Shown here: in pieces, positions 1-8,851 of the stretch
Layout: each line of letters begins with the position of its first letter
Numbering within the stretch: the first letter of the stretch is position 1
Assembly (NCBI GenBank): GCA_039683575.1
Contig: JBDKRC010000190.1
Coordinates: 1 to 25,365, forward strand
Length of the DNA: 25,365 nt
DNA from: Armatimonadia bacterium
Lineage (GTDB): Bacteria; Armatimonadota; Zipacnadia; Zipacnadales; UBA11051
Direction of reading: 5' to 3'
Made by a program: the position numbers and the translations under genes
The notes under the pieces: generated by a model
Database searches by the model: none
Told to the model about the DNA's origin: nothing
Seen by the model: the letters and a program-made list of their open reading frames with translations, nothing else

Positions 1-209
1 TACTCGGCGTGGAAGGTCTGGATCGTCACGCCGCGCTCGCGCTCTTCAGGCGCGTTGTCAATCTGATCAAAGTCCAGCGCCTTCGTGTTCGTGGTCGCCG
101 CTAGACACTTCGTAATGGCCGACGTCAACGTCGTCTTGCCATGGTCTACGTGCCCAATCGTGCCCACGTTCACATGTGGCTTGTCGCGGACAAACTTCTC
201 CTTGCCCAT
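1..209 (-). CDS. tuf: Elongation factor Tu, N-terminal part (runs off window edge)
   Basis: Manual translation from ATG at 209: [33 protein letters not shown]...[24 protein letters not shown] just upstream; follows fusA. Not in the ORF track because it is truncated. Confidence 0.97.
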   Translation of the reverse strand, partial: MGKEKFVRDKPHVNVGTIGHVDHGKTTLTSAITKCLAATTNTKALDFDQIDNAPEERERGVTIQTFHAE

Positions 210-331
210 GATGGCCTCCCAACACCTTGCGGTGTGTAATTGCCTCTACGAGGCGCATTCTCTGCTATGTGAGGGGCCGTAACAACCGGCCCATGCTCTT
301 TATCACGTCAGTCCCAGGCCAGCCCTCTCCC

Positions 332-2395
332 CTACCTCGCCCCAGCCGCCTCTTTCTCTTTCGGCGCCGGGAAATACGCGAACGGGGACATCGTGTAGGT
401 CGCCCGGCCCTGCGTCAGCGACCTCAGTTGCGTCGCGTATCCGAACATCTGCGCCAGCGGCGCATGCGCAATGATTGTCTGCGTGTTCCCTGGCGACGGC
501 CGCATCTCGACGATACTGCCGCGCCGTGCAATCAAGTCGTTCATCACGTCGCCCATGTACGTCTCGGGCGTCACGACCTCGACGGTCATCACGGGCTCCA
601 GGAGTTCCGGCGCGCCCTTTATGTAGGCCTCGCGGAACGCCATCCCCGCCGCAATTTTGAACGCCATCTCATTGGAGTCCACATCATGCGAGGACCCATC
701 CGTCACTACCGCCCGAACATCCACTACGGGGAAGCCATTGGCAGGGCCGGCCTCCAGCGCGTCTTTCGAACCGGCTTCCACCGCTGACATGAACTCTTTG
801 GGGATCGAGCCGCCCTTAGTGGCGTCCACGAACTCAAACCCCGTGCCCCGCTCCAGCGGCTCCAGCCGCATCTCAACGTCACCGAACATCCCGCGCCCAC
901 CGGTCTGCTTCACAAACCGCCCTCGCCCAGCGCACTCGCGGGAGATGGTCTCTTTATAGGCCACCTGCGGATTACCAACGGTCGTCGGCACGTTGAACTC
1001 GCGCTTCAGCCGATCCTTAACAATCTCAAGGTGCAGTTCGCCCATGCCAGAGATGATCTGTTGGCCGGTCTCTCGATCGGTCCGCACCGCGAACGTGGGG
1101 TCCTCGGTAACGATCTTCTGCAGGGCCTCGCCCAGCTTGTCTTCGTCAGCCTTGGCCTTGGCCTCGATCGCCATCGAGATCACGGGCTCTGGGAAGCTGA
1201 TCTGTTCCAGCATGAGCGGCTTGTCAACTGTGCACAGCGTATCGCCGGTTACGGACTTCCCGAGCCCGACGACAGCCACAATGTCGCCCGCCAGTGCTTC
1301 CTGGACGTCCTCGCGACGGTTCGCGTGCATCCGAAGCAACCGGCCCACTCGCACCTTCTGCCGACTGTTACTGTTGTATGCGGTCTGTCCGGTGGTCAGC
1401 TTGCCGGAATAGATCCGGACGTATGAGAGCTGCCCAACAAACGAGTCGGTAACCACTTTGAAAACCAGCGCCGCCAACGGACCGTCGGCGCTCGGCTCCA
1501 CCAGAATAGGCTCATCCTTCGTGGTGATGGCCTCAAGCGCCGGGACATCAAGCGGTGATGGCAGGTACTCCACAACGGCATCCAACAGGGGCTGAACGCC
1601 CTTGTTCTTGAAGGCACTCCCGCACAGCACCGGGACCAGATTCTTCTCCAGACATCCGCGCCTGATCGCCGCATTCATCTCAGCGGCCGTCGGCTGTTCG
1701 CCAGCGAAGTACTTCTGTTCCAACTCCGGGCACGTATCGGCCAACGCGACAATCAAGTGCTCCCGGAACGTCTCGGCCTTCTCCCGCAGGTTCGCGGGGA
1801 TCTCGTCGTAGACCGGCGTCTCGCCATACTCATCGCGCCAATAGATCGCACGCATGTGGATCAGGTCGATGGCGCCCTCGAAGTTCTCTTCTGCGCCAAT
1901 CGGGATCTGCAGGGCCAGAGCATCGGCTCCGAGCCTCATCCGCATCTGGTGCAGGACATCGTGGAAGTCCGCGCCCATGCGGTCCATCTTGTTCACAAAG
2001 GCGATCCGCGGGATGCTGTACTTGTCAGCCTGCCGCCACACAGTCTCCGACTGCGGCTGTACGCCACCGACGGCGCAGATGACTGCGACCAGACCGTCCA
2101 AAACTCTCAAAGAGCGCTCGACTTCTGCGGTGAAATCAACGTGACCAGGTGTGTCGATCAGGTTGATGCGGTGATCATTCCAAAAGTACGTCGTCGCGGC
2201 CGAGGTGATTGTGATGCCCCGCTCCATCTCCTGAGGGAGGTAGTCGAGCGTTGCGTTACCTTCATCAACTTCCCCGATCCGGTGCGTACGACCGGAGTAG
2301 AACAGCATCCTCTCGGACGTCGTCGTCTTACCGGCGTCTATATGAGCCGCAATACCAATATTGCGCGTTTTCTGCAATGAAACGTCTACAGCCAC
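332..2395 (-). CDS. fusA: Elongation factor G
   Basis: [49 protein letters not shown] motifs. Start set at GTG 2395 behind a GAGGAG RBS (ORF extends to 2410). Confidence 0.97.
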   Translation of the reverse strand: MAVDVSLQKTRNIGIAAHIDAGKTTTSERMLFYSGRTHRIGEVDEGNATLDYLPQEMERGITITSAATTYFWNDHRINLIDTPGHVDFTAEVERSLRVLDGLVAVICAVGGVQPQSETVWRQADKYSIPRIAFVNKMDRMGADFHDVLHQMRMRLGADALALQIPIGAEENFEGAIDLIHMRAIYWRDEYGETPVYDEIPANLREKAETFREHLIVALADTCPELEQKYFAGEQPTAAEMNAAIRRGCLEKNLVPVLCGSAFKNKGVQPLLDAVVEYLPSPLDVPALEAITTKDEPILVEPSADGPLAALVFKVVTDSFVGQLSYVRIYSGKLTTGQTAYNSNSRQKVRVGRLLRMHANRREDVQEALAGDIVAVVGLGKSVTGDTLCTVDKPLMLEQISFPEPVISMAIEAKAKADEDKLGEALQKIVTEDPTFAVRTDRETGQQIISGMGELHLEIVKDRLKREFNVPTTVGNPQVAYKETISRECAGRGRFVKQTGGRGMFGDVEMRLEPLERGTGFEFVDATKGGSIPKEFMSAVEAGSKDALEAGPANGFPVVDVRAVVTDGSSHDVDSNEMAFKIAAGMAFREAYIKGAPELLEPVMTVEVVTPETYMGDVMNDLIARRGSIVEMRPSPGNTQTIIAHAPLAQMFGYATQLRSLTQGRATYTMSPFAYFPAPKEKEAAGAR

Positions 2396-2440
2396 TGACT
2401 GACTCCTCAAATATCCCGAAACAGTTCACGAAAAGCGCCT

Positions 2441-2911
2441 CTACCAGCGATAGTGTGAGTAAGCCCGGTTAGCCTCCGCCATGCGATACACGTCTTCACG
2501 CTTGCGGTAGGCCGCGCCTTCGCGATTCGCCGCATCCGTCAGTTCCCGAGCCATTCGCTGGCGCATCGTCCGCTCGCCGCGCTTGCGCGCCGCGTCGACG
2601 ATCCAGCGCACCGACAGCGTGATCTGCCGCCGAGCCGATACCTCAACGGGTACCTGGTAGTTCGCGCCACCCACGCGCCGCGGGCGTACCTCGACCGCCG
2701 GCATCGTGTTGCGCACTGCCGCCTGCAGCACATCCAGCGGGTTCCCGCCGGTCGCCTCGGCGATATCGTCAAGCGCGCCGTAGAAAATCCTCTCGGCTGT
2801 GCTCTTCTTCCCGCCCAGCAGGATCTTGTTGACGAAGCGGCTTACCACTTCGCTGCCAAAGATCGGATCCGGCTCTACTCTGCGCTTGGAGATCTCGCCC
2901 TTTCGCGGCAT
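2441..2911 (-). CDS. rpsG: 30S ribosomal protein S7
   Basis: MPRKG... GKKSTAERI, RRVGGANYQVP, MAEANRAYSHYRW; 156 aa from ATG 2911 with AGGAG RBS. Confidence 0.97.
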   Translation of the reverse strand: MPRKGEISKRRVEPDPIFGSEVVSRFVNKILLGGKKSTAERIFYGALDDIAEATGGNPLDVLQAAVRNTMPAVEVRPRRVGGANYQVPVEVSARRQITLSVRWIVDAARKRGERTMRQRMARELTDAANREGAAYRKREDVYRMAEANRAYSHYRW

Positions 2912-3036
2912 CTGACTCGCTCCTAAAATCTTCGATCTTATCTCGACATCGCGGGCCGTACCGGCCGCGCGTCGTCCACCACTAACCCCAAATAACACAC
3001 CGGCAGTTCGCACTGCCGGTGGCAGATGACTCTATC

Positions 3037-3447
3037 TTACGCCTTCTTGGTGCCGTACTTGGAACGCGACTGCTTGCGTCCCTGCACGCCCTCAGCATCG
3101 AGGGTTCCGCGAATGACATGGTACTTCACGGAGTTCAGGTCCTTCACGCGACCGCCGCGAACCAGCACAACCGAGTGCTCGGCCAGGTTATGGCCCTCGC
3201 CCGGAATGTAAGCGGTGACTTCCTGCCGGTTGAACAGGCGGACGCGAGCGCACTTGCGAAGAGCCGAGTTCGGCTTCTTGGGCGTCTGCGCCCAGACCCT
3301 GGTGCACACGCCACGCCGCTGGGGTGCCCCATCAACCGCACGACCACGCCGCTTGAGGGCATTCCATGCCACCTTCAAAGCGGGGGTACTCGGCTTCCGA
3401 GCTTTCTTACCGCGGCCTTTGCGCACCAGTTGACTGATTGTAGGCAC
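3037..3447 (-). CDS. rpsL: 30S ribosomal protein S12
   Basis: [47 protein letters not shown] start with AAGGAG RBS; ~13-aa Firmicutes/Terrabacteria-type N-terminal insertion. Confidence 0.97.
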   Translation of the reverse strand: MPTISQLVRKGRGKKARKPSTPALKVAWNALKRRGRAVDGAPQRRGVCTRVWAQTPKKPNSALRKCARVRLFNRQEVTAYIPGEGHNLAEHSVVLVRGGRVKDLNSVKYHVIRGTLDAEGVQGRKQSRSKYGTKKA

Positions 3448-3527
3448 TGACCGACACTCCTTAACAATTGCCTTATGGGAAGGGTCGCCTGACCCTCGCG
3501 GCCGTCTCGGCCGTCATACATGCAGGG

Positions 3528-3569
3528 AACAAAAACGGCCCCTTGCCACCCTACGGTGGTAAAGGGGCC
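3528..3569 (-). terminator. Intrinsic terminator/attenuator in the rpsL leader
   Basis: Minus strand GGCCCCTT-TACCACC-GTAG-GGTGGC-AAGGGGCC followed by GTTTTTGTT, about 80 nt before the rpsL start. Confidence 0.75.
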
Positions 3570-3795
3570 TCGGAAACTCAATCGGATTGAAGCGCCAGTT
3601 ACTACCTCCGATAACGGAGGGGTTCCTGCCTGCTTCATCACCCCTTGTACAGCTTGCTGCCTCGCGTGATGCGACGCGATAACAAAGCAGCCTGAGTTCC
3701 GCAGCCCCACTGCAACGATGAAAACAGCCGAGTAGTTCGCAAGCTGGTGAACCAGCGCCTCGCAGCGCCCTAACAGCCGCGCTTTCCCGGCAGAC
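3528..3795 (-). ncRNA. Putative structured cis-regulatory leader RNA (or sRNA) upstream of the str operon
   Basis: Lies between a consensus promoter and a terminator; several hand-identified nested helices; no convincing protein ORF. Confidence 0.5.
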
Positions 3796-3800
3796 ACCAA

Positions 3801-3829
3801 AGTATACTCAGGGGCGGTCAGTCTGTCAA
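3801..3829 (-). promoter_or_regulatory. sigma70-type promoter of the str operon
   Basis: Minus strand TTGACA-17 nt-TATACT. Confidence 0.85.
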
Positions 3830-3901
3830 CCCATCCGACAGGCTTTCCGCCCCCTTTACACCACTTTTTTCACATTTCCAGCCCCACTTCAGCCCCAGCC
3901 C

Positions 3902-6900
3902 CTACTCTTCCTCGTCGACCTCTTCGTCATCCTCCACGTCAGGGACCTCTTCCTCAAACCCCACCAAGTCCTCCAGGTCCAGCTCCGGAACCGCATCGCG
4001 GTTGCCGAACTCGCTGATCAGGCGCTGCACTGCCTCTTCGGGAGTCTCTTCCCGCTTGGACGGGACGAACTCGGGCACTGCGCCGTCGGCAAGGTGGATA
4101 TCCCTGTCGCGGTGGATCGGCATCCCGCTGCCGGCCGGGATCAGACGCCCGATGATGACGTTCTCCTTGAGGCCCAGCAGCGGATCGCGCTTGTGGCCGC
4201 AGGCGGCTTCCGTAAGCACGCGCGTCGTCCGCTGGAATGAGGCCGCCGACAGGAAGCTCTCGGTCGCCAGCGAGGCCTGCGTGATACCGAGCAGGATCGG
4301 TTCGGCTGTTGCCTCGCGGCCACCGAACTCCTTGACCCGCTGGTTCTCATCCTCGAAGTCAAACCGGTCCACGATCTCACCCGGCAGGAACCGCGTGTCG
4401 CCGTGGTCCTTGATCTTCCGCTTCTTGAGCATCTGACGGATGATGACTTCGATGTGCTTATCGTTGATGCTAACACCCTGGGCCTTGTACACCATCTGGA
4501 CCTCGCGCAGGACATAGTCCTGCAGCCCGTCGGTGCCCTTCATTTCCAGGATGCTCTGCGGGTCCACCGGGCCCATTGTGAGCCGGTCGCCGGCCCGCAC
4601 CTCGGTGCCTTCGCGCACGAACAGCTCGCCACGGTAGGGCACAAGGTGAGCGGTGCTGATGCTGACATGCGTCACGCCAGCCTTCTTCAGCCGCATCCGG
4701 ACCTTCTTCAGGAGCTTCTCGCCAGCCTTGGCCAGTCGCGTCTTGCCGTCGGCCGAGATGACGTCCTCTGCCAGACGCTCCCCACGGATTACCCGCAGGT
4801 CGTCGAGGCTGTGCTGCGAGTGGATGACCACGCTGCGCAGACCCTTGGTTTCGATGGCGGCCACGGTACCGTCGACTTCAGCGGTAATGGCCTGCCCCTT
4901 GGGCGTCCGCGCCTCGAACAGTTCGACAACGCGCAGGAGACCGTGTACGGGCGTCTCCAGCACCTTCAGCATCTCCTTGATGGCCTTGCGCCGGGCGCGC
5001 CCGCCACCAGCCATGTCCAGAGACACCATACCCTTGTCGATGTCTTCATGCAGCGACCGCAGGGCCTGCTGCTTGCGCTTCTTAACGTCGGCCACGCCAG
5101 TGATGTACTGACCAGCGACGCCACCTGTGTGGAACGTCCGCATCGTGAGCTGCGTGCCCGGTTCACCGATGGACTGTGCGGCAATGATGCCAACCGCAGT
5201 ACCCGTCTCCACCAGCTTCTGGCGTGCCAGGTCGCGGCCATAGCACTTCGCGCAAATCCCGCTGCGAAGCTCACATGTGAGCGGAGACCTGACCTTGACC
5301 TTCTTGACGCCGGCGGCCACGATCAGGCCCGCCAGGCGCTCGTCGATCTCTTCATTGGCCGAAACGATCACTTCGCCGGTCTCGGGATGGATGATGTTGT
5401 CCGCCGCGGTCCGCCCGATGATGCGGTCTTCGAGCTTCTCCAGCGTCTCCATCGCCTGCCCGATGGGCAGTTCGGCACCGCAGTACTCGCACTTGCCCTC
5501 GCGCAGCACGTCTTCCTGACCGCACACCTGGCAGTGCAGCTCGTGCGAATACATATTCGCCGTCCACACACCTTCTGAGGTGCCGCAGTCATGGTCACGG
5601 ATCATGACGTCCTGCGCCACGTCCACCAGACGCCTGGTCAGGTAACCGGCGTCTGCGGTACGCAGAGCCGTGTCTGCCAGACCCTTGCGCGCGCCGTGCG
5701 TTGCCACGAAGTATTCCAGTACGTTCAGGCCCTCGTGGAAGTTGCTCTTTACGGGCAAGTCCTCGATCAGTCGGCCGAACGGGTCGCTCATCAGACCGCG
5801 CATCCCCGAAATCTGCGAGATGTGCGAGCGGTTGGCGCGTGCCCCGGAGTTGGCCATCATCCAGATCGAGTTGAAAGTGCCGATGTTGTTCAGAATGTCA
5901 TCAGCGACTTCCTCGCGGGCGCCCTGCCACAGTTCCAGTACTCGCTGCTCGCGCTCGTCTTCGAGGATGTAGCCCTTCTTGGCCGCGTCGTTGATCCGGA
6001 CGACCTCGCGCTCGGTCCGCGCGATAGTCTCTTCGCGGCGGGTCGGCACGTCCGTATCATCGATGCAGATGCTCAGACCAGAACGCGTGGCGTACTTGAA
6101 GCCCTGCTCCTTCAGATCGTCGAGCAGGCGCGCCGTGCGCTCCTGGCCGTAGCTGTGGTAGCAGCGCCGCACGATGTTCCCAAGCTCTTCCTTGGCGATG
6201 TCGTGGTTCAGGAACGGCATGTCCAGCGGCAGGACGCGGTTGAAGATAACGCGCCCTGGAGTAGTCTCATACCGCAGTCGCGCGCTGCCGGTAACGATCT
6301 TGCCACCGACGGGGAAGTAGCCACCCCCGCAGGCTTCCTGCAGCCGCATCTCGAGTGCCTCGATGATCCCCTGCGTCTTGTCCGCGATGTCTATTCGCAG
6401 TTCGGGAATCTCCGAGAAGCGTTCCTTCCACTGGCCCCTGTACGGCTGTTCCTCGGCGTCCATCATCTCCTGGGTCAGTTCGAACTCGATCCGGCGGTCC
6501 TTGACGGGATGCTCCTGGCCTACAACCTCAGCCACGATCCGCCGCAGGTCCAACTCGAGTTGCTCATCCAGTTCCAGGGCGTCGCCATTCTCGTCGTATG
6601 CTTCGAGGAAGATCTGCCCCAAACGCACCGTCACCGTGGCGTGAAGGTCAACCTTGCGGTGCTGGTACGCCGTGATAACGGTCTCGGCGCTCGGGAAGAG
6701 CCGTCCCGCGCCCAGGCCAGTCTTGTTCTCCTGGGTCATGTAATACGAACCCAGTACGATGTCATACTTGGGAGCGCAGATGGGCGCACCGTCTGCCGGC
6801 TTGAACAGGTTGCGAGACGCGAGCATCAAAAGCCGCGCTTCTGCCTGCGCATGGGCCGACAGCGGGACGTGTACTGCCATCTGGTCGCCGTCAAAGTCAG

Positions 6901-8755
6901 CGTTGAAGGCTTCGCAAACCAGCGGATGAAGCTGAATCGCCTTGCCATCAATCAGCCGGGGCTCAAATGCCTGAATACCCAGCCTGTGCAGCGTCGGGGC
7001 GCGGTTCAGCATTACCGGATGGTCATCAATGACCTCTTCCAGGGCGTCCCAGACTTCGCTGCGCAGCCGGTCCACCATGCGCTTGGCGGTCTTGATATTG
7101 GTGGTATGCCCCTGCTCAACCAGCCGGTTCATGACGAACGGCTTGAAGAGTTCCAGGGCCATTTCGCGGGGAAGCCCGCACTGGTGCAGCTTCAGTTCAG
7201 GGCCGACCACGATAACCGAGCGGCCCGAGTAGTCCACGCGCTTACCCAGCAGGTTCTTGCGGAAGCGCCCTTCCTTACCCTTGAGCATGTCGGACAGCGA
7301 CTTCAGCGGGCGACGGTTTGACCCGGTCACGGGCCTGCTGCGCCGGCTGTTGTCGATGAGGGCGTCTACGGCCTCTTGCAGCAGACGCCGCTCGTGGTTG
7401 ATGATCGACTCCGGCGCATTGATCTCAATGATCCGCCGCAGCCGGTTGTTGCGATTGATAACGCGCCGGTACAGATCGTTGAGGTCTGACGTAGCGAAGC
7501 GACCACCGTCAAGCTGCACCATCGGGCGCAACTCCGGCGGCAGCACCGGCACAACCTCCATGATCATCCATTCCGGGCGGTTCTTGCTGTTGCGGAAGGC
7601 CTCCACAACCCGCAGCCGCTTGACTGCGCGCAGGCGCCGGGCGCCGGTCCGCTCGTCAATCTCCTGCCGCAGGTCGTGCGCCAGTTCGTCCAGATCGATC
7701 TCAGACAGCAGATCGCGGACGGCTTCCGCGCCCAGACCGGCCTTGAACAGGTCTGCGAAGCTACCATCCAGACGATCCTCACAGACCTCGACGAGGTCCA
7801 TGAGCCGCCGGTACTCCATCTCGGAGATCAGCGTCTTGGGGGTCAGCTTGAACAGAAGCTCCGCGGCCTCGCCCAGATCGTCCAGCCGATGGCTGACTTC
7901 GCCCTGGGTCTTGAGGATCCGACGGCTCAGCTCTTCCTCGGTAATGGTCTCCCACTTCGAGTCCGCCTCGCTCATCGGCGCCGGGTAACCATCCTCATCA
8001 AGCTCGGCAAAGTCCTCGAGCTCATCCTCACTCAGGCTAAGAGCGCCACCCTCGTCCTCATCCTCGCCAAGCTCGCCCTCGAGCTCGTCAGTCTCCTCGG
8101 CTTCCCCTTCCGGTTCCTCTTCGCCCGCCGCTTCAGCAGCAGCATCCTCGGCCGCCGCCTGTACCGCTGCGGCTTCCTCAGCCGCCGCTTCGCGCACCTG
8201 GGTCTGCCGCAGGCCCTCTTCGTACTCCTCGCGCAGCCGGTCCACTTCCTGGTCGCGCGAATCCAGAATCGCCTGCTTCTCTTCGTTGATGGCCGCCAGG
8301 ATGTCCGCCCGCCGCCGCTGCAGCTTCTCGACATTGACGCTCGTGACGATATAGGAAGCGAAATACACGACTTCCTCAAGCGTCCGCCGCGACATGTCCA
8401 AAAGCAGGCTCACGGGGCTCGGAACGCCCTTGAGGTACCAACTGTGGCATACGGGGGCTGCGAGCTCAATATGTCCCATACGCTCCCGCCGCACCTTCGA
8501 ACGCGTGACTTCCACGCCGCAGCGGTCGCACTTGATTCCCTTGAACTTGACCTTCTTGTACTTGCCGCAATGGCACTCCCAGTCACGGGTGGGCCCGAAG
8601 ATCCGCTCACAGAACAGCCCGTCCCGCTCCGGCTTGTACGTGCGGTAGTTGATCGTCTCTGGCTTCTTTACCTCACCATAGGACCAACTGCGGATCTCCC
8701 GCGGCGAGGCTAGTCCGATAGTAATGGCATCAAAATCGGTAGTCGAGTTAGCCAA
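3902..8755 (-). CDS. rpoC: DNA-directed RNA polymerase subunit beta'
   Basis: [14 protein letters not shown]-terminal Zn cysteines, NADFDGD catalytic motif, [28 protein letters not shown]. Likely TTG start at 8755 after a GGAGGGAG RBS (ORF extends to ATG 8803). Confidence 0.98.
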   Translation of the reverse strand: MANSTTDFDAITIGLASPREIRSWSYGEVKKPETINYRTYKPERDGLFCERIFGPTRDWECHCGKYKKVKFKGIKCDRCGVEVTRSKVRRERMGHIELAAPVCHSWYLKGVPSPVSLLLDMSRRTLEEVVYFASYIVTSVNVEKLQRRRADILAAINEEKQAILDSRDQEVDRLREEYEEGLRQTQVREAAAEEAAAVQAAAEDAAAEAAGEEEPEGEAEETDELEGELGEDEDEGGALSLSEDELEDFAELDEDGYPAPMSEADSKWETITEEELSRRILKTQGEVSHRLDDLGEAAELLFKLTPKTLISEMEYRRLMDLVEVCEDRLDGSFADLFKAGLGAEAVRDLLSEIDLDELAHDLRQEIDERTGARRLRAVKRLRVVEAFRNSKNRPEWMIMEVVPVLPPELRPMVQLDGGRFATSDLNDLYRRVINRNNRLRRIIEINAPESIINHERRLLQEAVDALIDNSRRSRPVTGSNRRPLKSLSDMLKGKEGRFRKNLLGKRVDYSGRSVIVVGPELKLHQCGLPREMALELFKPFVMNRLVEQGHTTNIKTAKRMVDRLRSEVWDALEEVIDDHPVMLNRAPTLHRLGIQAFEPRLIDGKAIQLHPLVCEAFNADFDGDQMAVHVPLSAHAQAEARLLMLASRNLFKPADGAPICAPKYDIVLGSYYMTQENKTGLGAGRLFPSAETVITAYQHRKVDLHATVTVRLGQIFLEAYDENGDALELDEQLELDLRRIVAEVVGQEHPVKDRRIEFELTQEMMDAEEQPYRGQWKERFSEIPELRIDIADKTQGIIEALEMRLQEACGGGYFPVGGKIVTGSARLRYETTPGRVIFNRVLPLDMPFLNHDIAKEELGNIVRRCYHSYGQERTARLLDDLKEQGFKYATRSGLSICIDDTDVPTRREETIARTEREVVRINDAAKKGYILEDEREQRVLELWQGAREEVADDILNNIGTFNSIWMMANSGARANRSHISQISGMRGLMSDPFGRLIEDLPVKSNFHEGLNVLEYFVATHGARKGLADTALRTADAGYLTRRLVDVAQDVMIRDHDCGTSEGVWTANMYSHELHCQVCGQEDVLREGKCEYCGAELPIGQAMETLEKLEDRIIGRTAADNIIHPETGEVIVSANEEIDERLAGLIVAAGVKKVKVRSPLTCELRSGICAKCYGRDLARQKLVETGTAVGIIAAQSIGEPGTQLTMRTFHTGGVAGQYITGVADVKKRKQQALRSLHEDIDKGMVSLDMAGGGRARRKAIKEMLKVLETPVHGLLRVVELFEARTPKGQAITAEVDGTVAAIETKGLRSVVIHSQHSLDDLRVIRGERLAEDVISADGKTRLAKAGEKLLKKVRMRLKKAGVTHVSISTAHLVPYRGELFVREGTEVRAGDRLTMGPVDPQSILEMKGTDGLQDYVLREVQMVYKAQGVSINDKHIEVIIRQMLKKRKIKDHGDTRFLPGEIVDRFDFEDENQRVKEFGGREATAEPILLGITQASLATESFLSAASFQRTTRVLTEAACGHKRDPLLGLKENVIIGRLIPAGSGMPIHRDRDIHLADGAVPEFVPSKREETPEEAVQRLISEFGNRDAVPELDLEDLVGFEEEVPDVEDDEEVDEEE

Positions 8756-8851
8756 CTGCTCTCTCTCCCTCCGAGTAATCTTGGCGTTCCAGCCCCTATC
8801 CATCCACCAGCGCTGTCCCTGACCTCTGCTCTTCCGGCCCTGCCCCGTGGC

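Noticed and set aside
3541-3556. AGGGUGGCAA resembling a T-box sequence in the rpsL leader
   Set aside because: It lies in the 3' arm of the terminator rather than upstream of it, lacks the ACC/GCG continuation, and no Stem I AG/GNUG motifs were identified.
3633-3641. GUGAUGA box-C-like (kink-turn) motif in the leader
   Set aside because: No properly placed CUGA partner; cannot be supported by eye.
3375-3800. 141-aa ORF between rpoC and rpsL as a possible L7Ae/YbxF gene (usual at this locus in Firmicutes)
   Set aside because: No L7Ae-like sequence; it starts immediately after the -10 box with no RBS, crosses a terminator and overlaps rpsL out of frame.
4403-8713. Long plus-strand ORFs (4403-5578, 5591-7321, 7676-8713) antisense to rpoC, and similar ones opposite rpoB, fusA and the oxidoreductase (22781-24121)
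   Set aside because: Shadow ORFs expected from high-GC codon bias on the opposite strand of conserved genes; no recognisable motifs.
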